A DNA stretch of 64,000 nt, taken from NCBI GenBank assembly GCA_963752285.1, contig CAVVXN010000005.1:1152001-1216000 (forward strand), written 5' to 3'. The DNA comes from an uncultured Planctomycetota bacterium (GTDB lineage Bacteria; Planctomycetota; PLA2; JAEUHO01). Every line of letters starts with the position of its first letter. Within the stretch, counting starts at the first letter, position 1. A program made the position numbers and the translations under genes. This document shows, in pieces, positions 29,859-39,053 of this stretch. A model generated the notes under the pieces. The model had not been told where the DNA came from. It searched no databases and saw only the letters and a list, made by a program, of their open reading frames with translations.

Positions 29859-30857
29859 TCAGCGGAGCGTGGCCTCCACCTCGAACGCCTGTCCGCCGCG
29901 CAGGAAGCGCACGCGAACCGCGGCGCCGCGCGCCCGCGACCAGACCACGCGTTGGAGGTCGCTCGCGCGCGGGGTCGGAACCCCGTCCACCGACACGACG
30001 ACGTCGCCCGCCCGCAGGCCCGCGTCGCGGGCCGCCGACGTACGGTGGAACCGGGTCACCTCCAGACCGGCGACGGCGCCGCGCGTCGAGGCCTCGATCT
30101 CCCGGACCACGAGGCCGAGCGAGGGCCTGCTCGCGTCCCCGCTCTGGATACGCTCGACCGCGTCCACCACCACGTCGATCGGCGTCGCGAGGGCCACGCC
30201 CTCGCTCTTCCCCGTACGGGAGAGGATCGCCGTCATCACGCCGACGACCCGGCCGTCCGCGTCCACGAGCGGCCCCCCGGAGTTCCCGAGGTTCGTCGCG
30301 GCGTCGGTCTGAATGAAATCCTCGTAGCCCTTCGGGTTCACCCCGACGCCCGAGCGACCGAGCCCGCTCACGATCCCGGCCGACCACGAAAAGGCGAGAC
30401 GGAACGGGCTCCCCCCGGCGAGGACCCACGCCCCCTTGCGGAGCGCCTGCGGGTCGCCGACGGGCATCGGGACGAGGTCGCGGGCCGCGACCCGGAGCAG
30501 GGCGACGTCGGTCACGTCGTCGGTCCCCACGATGCTCGCCGGGAGCGTGCCCCGCCCCGGCAGCGTCACGAACACCTCGTGCGCGCCGCTCACGACGTGC
30601 CGGCTCGTCACCACGAACCCGTCCGGACGCAGCACGAAGCCGGCCCCGATCCCGTCGTCGCGGGACGCCGGCTCCCGATCGCCCTCGCGCGTGCTCACGT
30701 ACGCGAGCCCCGGGTCCAGCCGACGGACGACGTCCTCGAAATCGGGGCGGCCTTCGGCGCCGCGCGCGGGCGCGGCGTGGCCGCCGCCGCCCGCGAGCCA
30801 ACCCGCCGTGAGCGCGGCGAGCATGGTGAAGACGGATCGCGCGCCCCGCGTCGTCAT
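29859..30857 (-). CDS. HtrA/DegP-like serine protease (trypsin + one PDZ)
   Basis: Signal peptide; catalytic triad SRHVV / TDVALL / GNSGGPL; FIQTDAA; C-terminal PDZ. Confidence 0.9.
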   Translation of the reverse strand: MTTRGARSVFTMLAALTAGWLAGGGGHAAPARGAEGRPDFEDVVRRLDPGLAYVSTREGDREPASRDDGIGAGFVLRPDGFVVTSRHVVSGAHEVFVTLPGRGTLPASIVGTDDVTDVALLRVAARDLVPMPVGDPQALRKGAWVLAGGSPFRLAFSWSAGIVSGLGRSGVGVNPKGYEDFIQTDAATNLGNSGGPLVDADGRVVGVMTAILSRTGKSEGVALATPIDVVVDAVERIQSGDASRPSLGLVVREIEASTRGAVAGLEVTRFHRTSAARDAGLRAGDVVVSVDGVPTPRASDLQRVVWSRARGAAVRVRFLRGGQAFEVEATLR

Positions 30858-30879
30858 GTCCACTCCTCTCCCGGTCCGG

Positions 30880-32256
30880 CTACGTCCCGCCGGACTCCCC
30901 GTACTGCTCGAGCTTGCGGTAGAGCGTGCGGAGGCCGATGCCCAGGATCCGCGCCGCCGCGGTCTTGTTGCCGTCCGTGCGCCGGAGCGTGTCGAGGATG
31001 ATGCGTCGCTCCGCCTCGGGAAGCGAGGTGCCCGCCGGGATCCGCAACGCGTCGTCCGCTTCCGGGAGGTCCTCCACGCGCGAGCGCCCGCCCACCTCGA
31101 CGGGCAACGCCTCGGGCCCGATCTCGGTCCCGTCCGAGAGCACGAGCGCGGCCTCCACGACGTTCTCGAGCTCGCGAACGTTGCCGGGCCAGTCGTAGCC
31201 CACGAGGAGTTCCAGCGCGGCCTTCGAGAACCCCACCACCTGCGTCCGCTCGTGGCGCGCGCCGTAGAGGACGCGGAAGTGCTCCGCCAGCGCCGGGATG
31301 TCTTCGCGCCGCTCGCGCAGCGGCGGCATCCGGATCGTGATCACCTTCAGGCGGAAGTAGAAGTCCTCGCGGAACGTCCCCTTCCGGACCCGCTCTTCGA
31401 GGTCCGCGTTCGTGGCCGCCACCAGGCGGACGTCCACGGGTCGGGTCGTGGACTCGCCGACGCGTTCGATCTCCCGGTTCTGGAGGACGCGCAGCAGCTT
31501 CACCTGCGTGTGCAGCGGCACCTCGCCGACCTCGTCGAGGAACATCGTCCCCTCGTTCGCCGCCTCGAACCGGCCCGCGCGATCGGCGACCGCGCCCGTG
31601 AACGACCCCTTCACATGACCGAAGAGCTCGCTCTCGAGCACGCCCTCGGGGAGCGCCGCGCAGTTCACCTTCACGAACGGCCCCTTGGCCCGCGCACTCG
31701 CCCGGTGGATCGTCTCGGCCACGAGCTCCTTGCCCGTCCCGCTCTCGCCGAGGATCAGGATCGTGGCGTTCGTCGGCGCGGCCTTCGCCACGACGTGGAA
31801 CAAGTCCCGGATGGCCGGCGCCTTGCCGACGAACCCCGCCGGCGCGCCCTCGCGCTCCAGCTCCGCGACGTAGGCGGCGCGCGCGGGGGCGAGCGCCCGG
31901 CTCTTCAGGGCCGACGCGACGACCGCCCGAAGCCGTCTGAGGTCCAGCGGCTTCTCGAGGAAGTCGTACGCGCCGTCGCGCATCGCGCGCACGGCCTTCT
32001 CGACGCTGCCGTACGCGGTCATCACGATGACGGGGGTCTCGGGCTGCCGCGCCTTCACCTGCTCGAGGAGGTCGAGGCCGTCGAGCTCGCCGGGCAGCAC
32101 GACGTCCGTCAGCACGAGGTCCACCGGTCGTTCCTCGACGACCGTGAGCGCCGACTCGGCGTCCTCGGTCAGCTCGACGGCGTGCGCGGGCGAGAACACC
32201 TCTCCCAGGGCCTCGCGCGCGTGCTTCTCGTCCTCCACGATCAGGATCCGCGCCAC
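30880..32256 (-). CDS. NtrC-family sigma-54-dependent response regulator
   Basis: Receiver, GESGTGKE, ESELFGHVKGSFTGA, WPGNVRELEN, HTH AARILGIGLRTLYRKL. Confidence 0.95.
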   Translation of the reverse strand: MARILIVEDEKHAREALGEVFSPAHAVELTEDAESALTVVEERPVDLVLTDVVLPGELDGLDLLEQVKARQPETPVIVMTAYGSVEKAVRAMRDGAYDFLEKPLDLRRLRAVVASALKSRALAPARAAYVAELEREGAPAGFVGKAPAIRDLFHVVAKAAPTNATILILGESGTGKELVAETIHRASARAKGPFVKVNCAALPEGVLESELFGHVKGSFTGAVADRAGRFEAANEGTMFLDEVGEVPLHTQVKLLRVLQNREIERVGESTTRPVDVRLVAATNADLEERVRKGTFREDFYFRLKVITIRMPPLRERREDIPALAEHFRVLYGARHERTQVVGFSKAALELLVGYDWPGNVRELENVVEAALVLSDGTEIGPEALPVEVGGRSRVEDLPEADDALRIPAGTSLPEAERRIILDTLRRTDGNKTAAARILGIGLRTLYRKLEQYGESGGT

Positions 32257-32257
32257 G

Positions 32258-33394
32258 CTACCTCCCGAAGGGACCCGACTCGCCCGCCCCGCCGTCCGGC
32301 GGCAGGTGGATCACGAACCGCGACCCGCCCCCCGGACGGGCGAGGACCTCCAGCTCGCCTCCGTGCCGCTCGACGGCCCGGCGCGCGAGCGGCAGGCCGA
32401 GCCCGGTGCCGCCCCGCTTGCTGGTCCAGAACAGCTCGAACACGCGTTCCCGCGACTCCGCGGGGATCCCGGGCCCGTCGTCGTCCACGACCACGACGGT
32501 ACTGTGCGGGTCGTCACGCGTGGCGATCCAGACGTTGCCGGCCTGGCCCGCGGCGTCGATCGCGTTCGAGACGATGTTCGTGAGCGCCCGGTCCATCCCC
32601 GTGTGGTCGAGGGGCACGCGGCGGCGGCTCGCGAGGTGCATGTGGATGCGCACGCCCCCCGTGTCGGCCATCTCGCGCAGGCGACCGACTGCCTCCTGGA
32701 CGATCGCGTCCACGCTCTCCTCACGCGTCACGGTCGGCCCGCCCCGGCTCACCTCGAGGAGGTTCTGGACGAGCGTGTTCATCCGCTTCACCTCGGCGAT
32801 CATCTGGTCGATGCGCGACGTGGGCGGCTCGGGGGACGGCTCCGGCCCGGAGAGGCTCTCGCGCAGGAGCTGCAGGTTCAGCGAGAGCGAGTTGAGGGGG
32901 TTTCGGATCTCGTGGGCGATCCCGGCGCCGAGCGCCGCGATCGCCATTCCGCGCACCTTGAGGCGCTTCCGCTCCTCCTCCTTCGCGCCGAGCGTGATGT
33001 CCTCGAAGCAGAGGACGCTGCCCAGCACCTCGTCCCGGCCCCCCCGCATCGGCGCGATCGTCGCCCGGACGACCCGCAGGCCGAGCGGATGCCGCGGGAA
33101 GGTCCGCGCCTCTCCGCCCGCGAGGACCGCGGCGATCAGGGTCGCCCAGTCCACGTTCGGGTCCTCCACGAGCCAGGGCACGGCGTCGAGCAGGGGCCGG
33201 CCGATGGCCTCGGATCGCGGACCGGCCACCTCGGCGAGCGCCGGGTTCCACACGATCACCCGTCCGGCGGCGTCGGTCGCGGCCACCTCGAGGGGGAGCG
33301 CGTCCGCGAGCGCCTCCAGGCGCAGCGCGTAGTCCTGCTCCGGCAGGATGCGGAGGAGGATCTCGCTGTAGTGGAGGAAACGCCCGCTGGCCAC
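32258..33394 (-). CDS. Cytoplasmic PAS-domain sensor histidine kinase
   Basis: PAS-like GRVIVWNPA; AHEIRNPL, NAIDA, DDGPGI, GTGLGL; adjacent to the NtrC-family regulator. Confidence 0.9.
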   Translation of the reverse strand: MASGRFLHYSEILLRILPEQDYALRLEALADALPLEVAATDAAGRVIVWNPALAEVAGPRSEAIGRPLLDAVPWLVEDPNVDWATLIAAVLAGGEARTFPRHPLGLRVVRATIAPMRGGRDEVLGSVLCFEDITLGAKEEERKRLKVRGMAIAALGAGIAHEIRNPLNSLSLNLQLLRESLSGPEPSPEPPTSRIDQMIAEVKRMNTLVQNLLEVSRGGPTVTREESVDAIVQEAVGRLREMADTGGVRIHMHLASRRRVPLDHTGMDRALTNIVSNAIDAAGQAGNVWIATRDDPHSTVVVVDDDGPGIPAESRERVFELFWTSKRGGTGLGLPLARRAVERHGGELEVLARPGGGSRFVIHLPPDGGAGESGPFGR

Positions 33395-33441
33395 GGACGG
33401 ATCCTACCCGTCCGATCCGCGGCCCCCGGCGCCCTCGTCGC

Positions 33442-34134
33442 CTATCCTTCGCCGCCGTCGTCGGCCTCGGCCCGCCGGTGGCCCTCGGAGCGCCACCACT
33501 GGCGCCACCGGTCGCGGGCCTCGGCGCGCGCCATGGCATCGCCCAGCGCGCGGTAGCCGAACTCGCGCATCGCGAGGCGCCTCAGCGCGCGGGACGCGGC
33601 GAGGCGCACCCCGACGTCGTCGTCGTCGAGACGCTCGATCAGGCTCGGCACGGCGCGGAGACGGCCCCGGTGGCCCAGGTCGTCCGCCGCCTCGCGGCGC
33701 ACCGCCGCCCACGGCCCGGAGAGCCACGCGGTGACCCCCTTCGCCGGTAGCACGGCGAGGATCGAGCGAACGACGGGCGCGGTCGTGGACACGGGGGTGC
33801 CTCCCGGGCCGGACACGGTCTGGTCTCCCGCGCGCCCGAGCGCGTCCAGCGCCGGCGGGCCCGCCGCCACCAGACGTTCCGCGGCGTGCTGGCGCGCCAC
33901 GAAGTCGGACGACGCGAGCCTCGCGACGTCGGCCGCGAGCGTCGCGTCTGCGGGGCGGTCCGCCGCGGGGCCATCCGAGGTCGCGACCCAGGTCGCCGCC
34001 ACGGGAGGCCCGGAGGGGGCCGCCGCGCGGCCCCCGGCTGGGCCGAGCGGACGGCTCGCGCAGGCGGGGAGCAGACACGCGGCCGAGAGGGCCACGAGCC
34101 AGCTCGCGCGGGTCGGGATCGGGGTGGCCGCCAT
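33442..34134 (-). CDS. HEAT-repeat lipoprotein
   Basis: Lipobox LLPA-C; HEAT motifs VRREAADDLG...AVPSLIERLDDDDVGVRLAASRAL. Confidence 0.75.
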   Translation of the reverse strand: MAATPIPTRASWLVALSAACLLPACASRPLGPAGGRAAAPSGPPVAATWVATSDGPAADRPADATLAADVARLASSDFVARQHAAERLVAAGPPALDALGRAGDQTVSGPGGTPVSTTAPVVRSILAVLPAKGVTAWLSGPWAAVRREAADDLGHRGRLRAVPSLIERLDDDDVGVRLAASRALRRLAMREFGYRALGDAMARAEARDRWRQWWRSEGHRRAEADDGGEG

Positions 34135-34224
34135 CGGGAAGCTCGAGACCCAGGCCGGAGCCCGCCACGCCGGGTCGGCGCACGGGCCCCGAGCGGGGCT
34201 CCGCCTTCTATCATCGGCCCATCC

Positions 34225-34587
34225 GTGCAGCGAGGCACCTCCCATCCCAAGTCCGCCCGCCTCCTCGACCGGAGGGACTTTCGTCACGTTCTCGACCACG
34301 GGGAGGTGCATCCGGGCCGGGAGGCGCTCGTCCGGAGAGTCGCCAACGGCCGCGGCCGGCCGCGTCTCGGCCTCTCCACGCCCCGTCGCTACGGGGGCGC
34401 CGTCGCCCGGAACCGCTTTCGGCGGCTCGTCCGGGAAGCGTTTCGTCAGGCCCAACACGATCTCGGCGCGTACGACTACCTCGTGTCCCCGCGACGTCAC
34501 CTGGCGCGTCCGACGCTCCCGGGGATCGCGCGGGACCTCGCCGCGAGCGCCGACCCGACCCGGGCCTCGCACCGGCCGTCACGGTGA
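34225..34587 (+). CDS. rnpA: Ribonuclease P protein component
   Basis: RLLDRRDF, RLGLS, RNR motif AVARNRFRRLVREAFR; GTG start inferred. Confidence 0.88.
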   Translation: MQRGTSHPKSARLLDRRDFRHVLDHGEVHPGREALVRRVANGRGRPRLGLSTPRRYGGAVARNRFRRLVREAFRQAQHDLGAYDYLVSPRRHLARPTLPGIARDLAASADPTRASHRPSR

Positions 34588-34823
34588 TCCGCGCGCTCCT
34601 CCTCCTCCTCGTGCGCGCCTACCGGCTCTTCGTCTCGCCGTGGGTGCCCCCGGTCTGTCGGTTCACGCCCACGTGCGCCCGCTACGCCGAGGAGGCTCTA
34701 CGGCGCCACGGCGCGCTCCGGGGGTCGTGGCTCGCGCTCCGGCGTCTGCTCCGGTGCCGACCCGGGGGGGGCGCGGGCTACGACCCGGTCCCGGAGCGCG
34801 AAGTCAGCGCCCCTCGGCCCTGA
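34584..34823 (+). CDS. yidD: Membrane protein insertion efficiency factor
   Basis: YRLFVSP, CRFTPTCARYA, RRLLRCRP, GYDPVP. Confidence 0.93.
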   Translation: MIRALLLLLVRAYRLFVSPWVPPVCRFTPTCARYAEEALRRHGALRGSWLALRRLLRCRPGGGAGYDPVPEREVSAPRP

Positions 34824-37794
34824 GGTCGATCGTGGTCTCGAGGTCCGACTTCATGCCGAGCCAGGACGAGTCCAGGTACAGGTGCGAGAGGTTCTCCCCC
34901 AATCGCGCCCGCATCACGTCCATCAGCTCGAGCGCGTACCGCGCGGGCGTCAGCGCCTGCGGCGGCGGGAACGCCTGGTCCTTCACGCGCACGAGGAACG
35001 CGGCGTCGGTGCCGTCCGCGCGGTCGTCCCGGAGCATGGTGCGCCCGAGCGTCCCGACCTCGATGCCGTCCTCGCCCTCGCTCTCTTCCTTCGCGGGGCG
35101 CACGACCTCGTAGCCCTGCTGGCGCACGTAGTCCTTGAGCTTCGCCGCGATCTGGGCCTCCTCGGACTCCCCCCCGGGCACGGGAGGGCTCTTCGGCGGG
35201 CTCGGTCCCACGAAGAGGCCCGTCGTGCCCTTCACGTACGGGATGTCCTTCTCCTTGCTCCAGCGCTCGAGCGTCTCGTCCCAGATCGCTTCCCGGTCCG
35301 GCGCCGCCGGCGCCGCCGCGGGCGCCGCGCCGCCCGCCGGCGGGTTCCCCCCGGGGGGCGGTGCGCCCGGCGCGGCCCCGGGCACCGCGCCCGGTGCCCC
35401 TCCCGGTGCCCCTCCCGGTGCGCCCCCCGGCGGAGGCGGGGTCTCGCTGCCGGAGGAGGTCGCCTTCGTGAACGCCGTCTCGTACTCCTTCTTCAGGCTC
35501 TCGAGCGCGTCCACGGCGAGGTCCCGCGCGCGCCGCACGAGGTAGCGCTCGAAGACCGCGTCCCGAACGTCGGCGAGCGGGGGCTCGCGCTCGCCCAGGA
35601 GCTCGATGTTCTGGAGGATCGCCTTCGTGTTGGCGTCGTGGAGGTTCGTCGGCACCGCGGCGAGCTCGCCGGGGTCGTCGAGACCCTGGAAGCCGCCTCC
35701 GGACGTCAGGTTCGGATCGCTTCCGAGATCGGGGAGCGCTTCCCACTGATCGCGCGTCAGGGGCTCCGCGGTCTCGTAGTAGCCGAGATAGCGCGCGTCG
35801 CCGGATCCGGGGAGGAACGGCCCGAGCGGGTCGTCGAGGAGCGACTTCATCGTGACGAGCGCCGGCTCCGCGCCGGGGTCCGGTCCGCCCTTCTCGGCCG
35901 CCTTCTTCGCCTTCTCCCAGTCGTCGTGCGCGGTCTTCGAACGACGCACGCGCTCGAGGAGGTCGTCGAAGACCTTCTCGAAGAACTGCTCGCGGAGCAG
36001 GATCTCGCGCCAGCCCTTCTCGAGGTAGGGCACGCGGTCGGGGCTGGTCTCGGGCACGAGGTCGGGGGGCGGCGGACCGAAGATGTCCTTGTCCGGAACG
36101 AGCACGGCCGGGTGGTCGGGCGCGATCCGCTTCGCGAGCTCGGCCCCGTGGCCGTGCTCCGGGTCCGCCGGGTCCGCCGCCTTGTAGTACGTGTCGGGGT
36201 GGTAGGTCCGCCAGCGCTGGAACGCCTCGGCCTCGTCCGGGTGGTCGTCGGGGAACGCCGCCCACATGCGCCGGAGCACGTCGTTCGGGACGAGCGGGAG
36301 GTGCGCGAAGAGCGCCCGGAACTTGCGCTGCACCGGCAGGCGGAAGTCGTCGCGTACGCCCGGGTCCTGATAGTACTTCTCGAGGTCGCCCTCGTTCCCG
36401 GACTGGAGATCGTCGTCCGTGTCGAGCGCCTCGTCGGGGCCCGCGCTCACGACGGCGAAGCCTCGCGTCAGGGGTTCGACGAGACGTACGCGCAGCGGGT
36501 GCTTCCAGGCGTCCTCGGGGATTTCGCCGAGGGCCGCAAGGACCCGCGGCCCCGGAGCGACCGACGCCTTCGGCCGGCTCGCCTCGGCGGAGAGGTCGTC
36601 ACCGCCGCCGTTCGCGCCGTCCGGTCCGTCCGAGGTGACCACGGCCGTCTCGCCCTCCGCCGGCGGCGCGTACCGGAGCGGGTGGTCCCAGCCGTCGTTC
36701 GGTAGCGAGGTCAGCGGAGCGATCGTCCCGGCCTTGGGCGAGGTGAGCAGTCGCTCGAGCTTCTCGGGCCAGGCGTTCACCGCGTTGTGCCAGCGCGCGA
36801 GCGCGTCCTGGACGCTTCCGAGCGCGGCGAGGGTCTTGACCTCCGCCAGCGTCGACGCGTCCAGGTCGTCGGCGGTCCCGGCCTCGCCGTCCGCGCCCCG
36901 GCTCGAGAGTCTCTCGCCGTCCGAGACGTACTCGAGATCGTGCTTCCAGCCGTCCTGGACGGGCTTCGCGGCGGCGGCGGGCAGGTCCGAGAGCTTCGCC
37001 GGCGCCTTGCCGTCGTGCGCCTTCTTCCAGGCGTCGATCTCGACCTGGACGCGCTCGAACGCGCGGAGCGTGAAGTCGATCGCGGCCAGCCGGTCGCGCA
37101 CCTGCTGGATGCGGGTCCGCGTGGTCTCGATCTGGCGGGCCTTCAGCTGGAAGTCCCGGCCACGAAGCGCGACGTACGCGAGGTCCACCTGCTCGTGCGC
37201 CTTCCGCCACGTCGCGTAGGCGTCGTCGAAGGTCAGGCCGTAGCGGGTCGTGTCCACGAGCGGACGGGCGAACTCGTCCTTCATGACTACGTCGCGCACC
37301 ACGTCCTGGAACTGCGTGGCCGAGCCGCGGAAGTACTCCTGGAGGAACTTGTCGTAGAGCGCGTCGTTGAACTGGAGCCCGTGCATCGCGCCGGAAACGG
37401 CCTCGCGCACCCCGACGGGGAGCTGGAACTCCTCCCCGACGGCGTATCCGGCCTCCCGGGCGGAGCCGGCGAGCATCAGGTGGCTCCAGGTCGTCGGGAT
37501 CCAAGGCTGGCGCGCGCGCAGGCCCTGGAAGTAGACGGAGTACCGGATGGACGGGGACCCGTAGTACTGCAGGAACGCCGTGTACGGCTGGCGGTGGTTC
37601 ACGAAGTCGAGGTCGGAGATGGTGACCCGCTCGGTCGGCGTCGCCGCGAAGGAGCCCGAGTAGTCGCGGCCGCCGACCATCTGCTGCCCGCACTTCACGG
37701 CGCCCACCACCGAGAAGGACACGAGGAGCAGGATCACGAGCCCCAGGAGGATGTGGCGCTCGTACTTCTTCATTCGCTTCGAGAAGCGGCTCAC
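34804..37794 (-). CDS. PpiD/SurA-N-like membrane-anchored chaperone with three inserted GspG-type pseudopilin C-terminal motifs
   Basis: N-terminal anchor ILLGLVILLLVSF; PpiD-like segments EQVDLAYV, LEKYY...FRLPVQRK, PPLADVRDAV; three D-x-W...S-x-G-x-D...DDL motifs. Confidence 0.65.
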   Translation of the reverse strand: MSRFSKRMKKYERHILLGLVILLLVSFSVVGAVKCGQQMVGGRDYSGSFAATPTERVTISDLDFVNHRQPYTAFLQYYGSPSIRYSVYFQGLRARQPWIPTTWSHLMLAGSAREAGYAVGEEFQLPVGVREAVSGAMHGLQFNDALYDKFLQEYFRGSATQFQDVVRDVVMKDEFARPLVDTTRYGLTFDDAYATWRKAHEQVDLAYVALRGRDFQLKARQIETTRTRIQQVRDRLAAIDFTLRAFERVQVEIDAWKKAHDGKAPAKLSDLPAAAAKPVQDGWKHDLEYVSDGERLSSRGADGEAGTADDLDASTLAEVKTLAALGSVQDALARWHNAVNAWPEKLERLLTSPKAGTIAPLTSLPNDGWDHPLRYAPPAEGETAVVTSDGPDGANGGGDDLSAEASRPKASVAPGPRVLAALGEIPEDAWKHPLRVRLVEPLTRGFAVVSAGPDEALDTDDDLQSGNEGDLEKYYQDPGVRDDFRLPVQRKFRALFAHLPLVPNDVLRRMWAAFPDDHPDEAEAFQRWRTYHPDTYYKAADPADPEHGHGAELAKRIAPDHPAVLVPDKDIFGPPPPDLVPETSPDRVPYLEKGWREILLREQFFEKVFDDLLERVRRSKTAHDDWEKAKKAAEKGGPDPGAEPALVTMKSLLDDPLGPFLPGSGDARYLGYYETAEPLTRDQWEALPDLGSDPNLTSGGGFQGLDDPGELAAVPTNLHDANTKAILQNIELLGEREPPLADVRDAVFERYLVRRARDLAVDALESLKKEYETAFTKATSSGSETPPPPGGAPGGAPGGAPGAVPGAAPGAPPPGGNPPAGGAAPAAAPAAPDREAIWDETLERWSKEKDIPYVKGTTGLFVGPSPPKSPPVPGGESEEAQIAAKLKDYVRQQGYEVVRPAKEESEGEDGIEVGTLGRTMLRDDRADGTDAAFLVRVKDQAFPPPQALTPARYALELMDVMRARLGENLSHLYLDSSWLGMKSDLETTIDLRAEGR

Positions 37795-38200
37795 GTCGGA
37801 CTCCGTCGGAACGCGGTTCGAGTCGGACGAGGATACCGGCCGTCGGGCGGGATCCGGCGTACTGCTCGGGCTCGGCGGGGCGCAGGCGGTCGGCGCGGAC
37901 TATCGGTGCCGCCGCCCCTCGTCCGGGGCCGCGTGCCCCGCGGGCCACGGTCCCGCGCGCGGCCCGGCGGACGCCAGGAGCCCGAATCCGGCGCCGATGC
38001 CCGTCGGTCGCCCCGCCCCGCGGCGCCCCGCGGAGTCGCGGCCCCGTCGCGCCGCGGACACGCCGTGTGCGAGCGCGCCACGGGAACGAGTCCGAGCGGC
38101 CGGCGTAAGCTCCCGAACGGCGGGATCTTGCATCCGACGCGTCGCGCGCTCCACGGCCTCGCGGGCCAGCGCCGCCCAACCTCGGTAGGCTTGGCGCGCC

Positions 38201-39034
38201 ATGGAAGAGGAACGCGCCCCCGAGAGCCCGAGCCAAGCCGCGCCCGGCCGCGCCGCTCCGGTCGGGGGCGGACCGGATGCCGGGGAGGCGGCCCGACCGT
38301 CCGACGAGGCGGCGCCGCCCGAGGCGGCCCCCGCAGGCCCCCGTCCGACGGCGATGCGCGCGACCGAGGACGAGTCCGCGAAGGGCGGGGCGGGATCGGA
38401 GGACGACGCGGCCGAGGACGGGGACGGGGACGAGGACGGGAACGGGGCCGACGAGGCCGCCGCCGGCGCGCGTCCGGCCCGGAAGAAGACGAAGCGCGCG
38501 TTCTCGCCGGTACCGCCGGAACGGCTCGTCGGCGCGGTCGAGGCCATGCTCCTCGCCGCAGGGGACGTGCTGACCCCCGAGCGGCTCCGCGAGCTGCTGG
38601 CGCTCCCGTCCGTGATCCCCGTCCGGGAGGCGGTCGAGGAGGTCGAGCGCCGCTTTCGGGCGGCCGACCTCGCGGTCGAGATCCGCGAGCTCGCCGGCGG
38701 CTGGCGCGTCACGACGCGCCCCGAGTACGCGGAGTACGTCGCGCGCCTGCGGCGCCGGGGCGCGAGCGACCGCCTGAGCCCGAGCCTCCTCGAGACGCTC
38801 TCGATCGTGGCGTACCGCCAGCCCGTGCCGCGCGTGGAGGTCGAGCGGATCCGCGGCGTCGCCTCGGGCGACGCGCTCCGTGCGCTGCTCGACCGACGGC
38901 TCCTCAAGGTCGTCGGCCGGAGCGACCAGCCGGGGCGCCCGCTCCTCTACGGAACCACGCGCCGGTTCCTCGAGGTGTTCGGCCTGTCGAGCCTCTCCGA
39001 CCTCCCGGCGAAGGGCGACCTCCGGGGCCTGTGA
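38201..39034 (+). CDS. scpB: SMC-ScpAB complex subunit ScpB with acidic N-terminal extension
   Basis: LETLSIVAYRQPV..EVERIRGV, GRPLLYGTTRRFLEVFGL..LSDLP. Confidence 0.93.
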   Translation: MEEERAPESPSQAAPGRAAPVGGGPDAGEAARPSDEAAPPEAAPAGPRPTAMRATEDESAKGGAGSEDDAAEDGDGDEDGNGADEAAAGARPARKKTKRAFSPVPPERLVGAVEAMLLAAGDVLTPERLRELLALPSVIPVREAVEEVERRFRAADLAVEIRELAGGWRVTTRPEYAEYVARLRRRGASDRLSPSLLETLSIVAYRQPVPRVEVERIRGVASGDALRALLDRRLLKVVGRSDQPGRPLLYGTTRRFLEVFGLSSLSDLPAKGDLRGL

Positions 39035-39053
39035 GCGACGGCGCGCGGGCGCC

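Noticed and set aside
37795..38200. 400-bp GC-rich intergenic region as a possible structured ncRNA (RNase P RNA, tmRNA, SRP)
   Set aside because: I recognised no conserved motifs of these RNAs. An Infernal/Rfam scan would be needed to exclude it fully.
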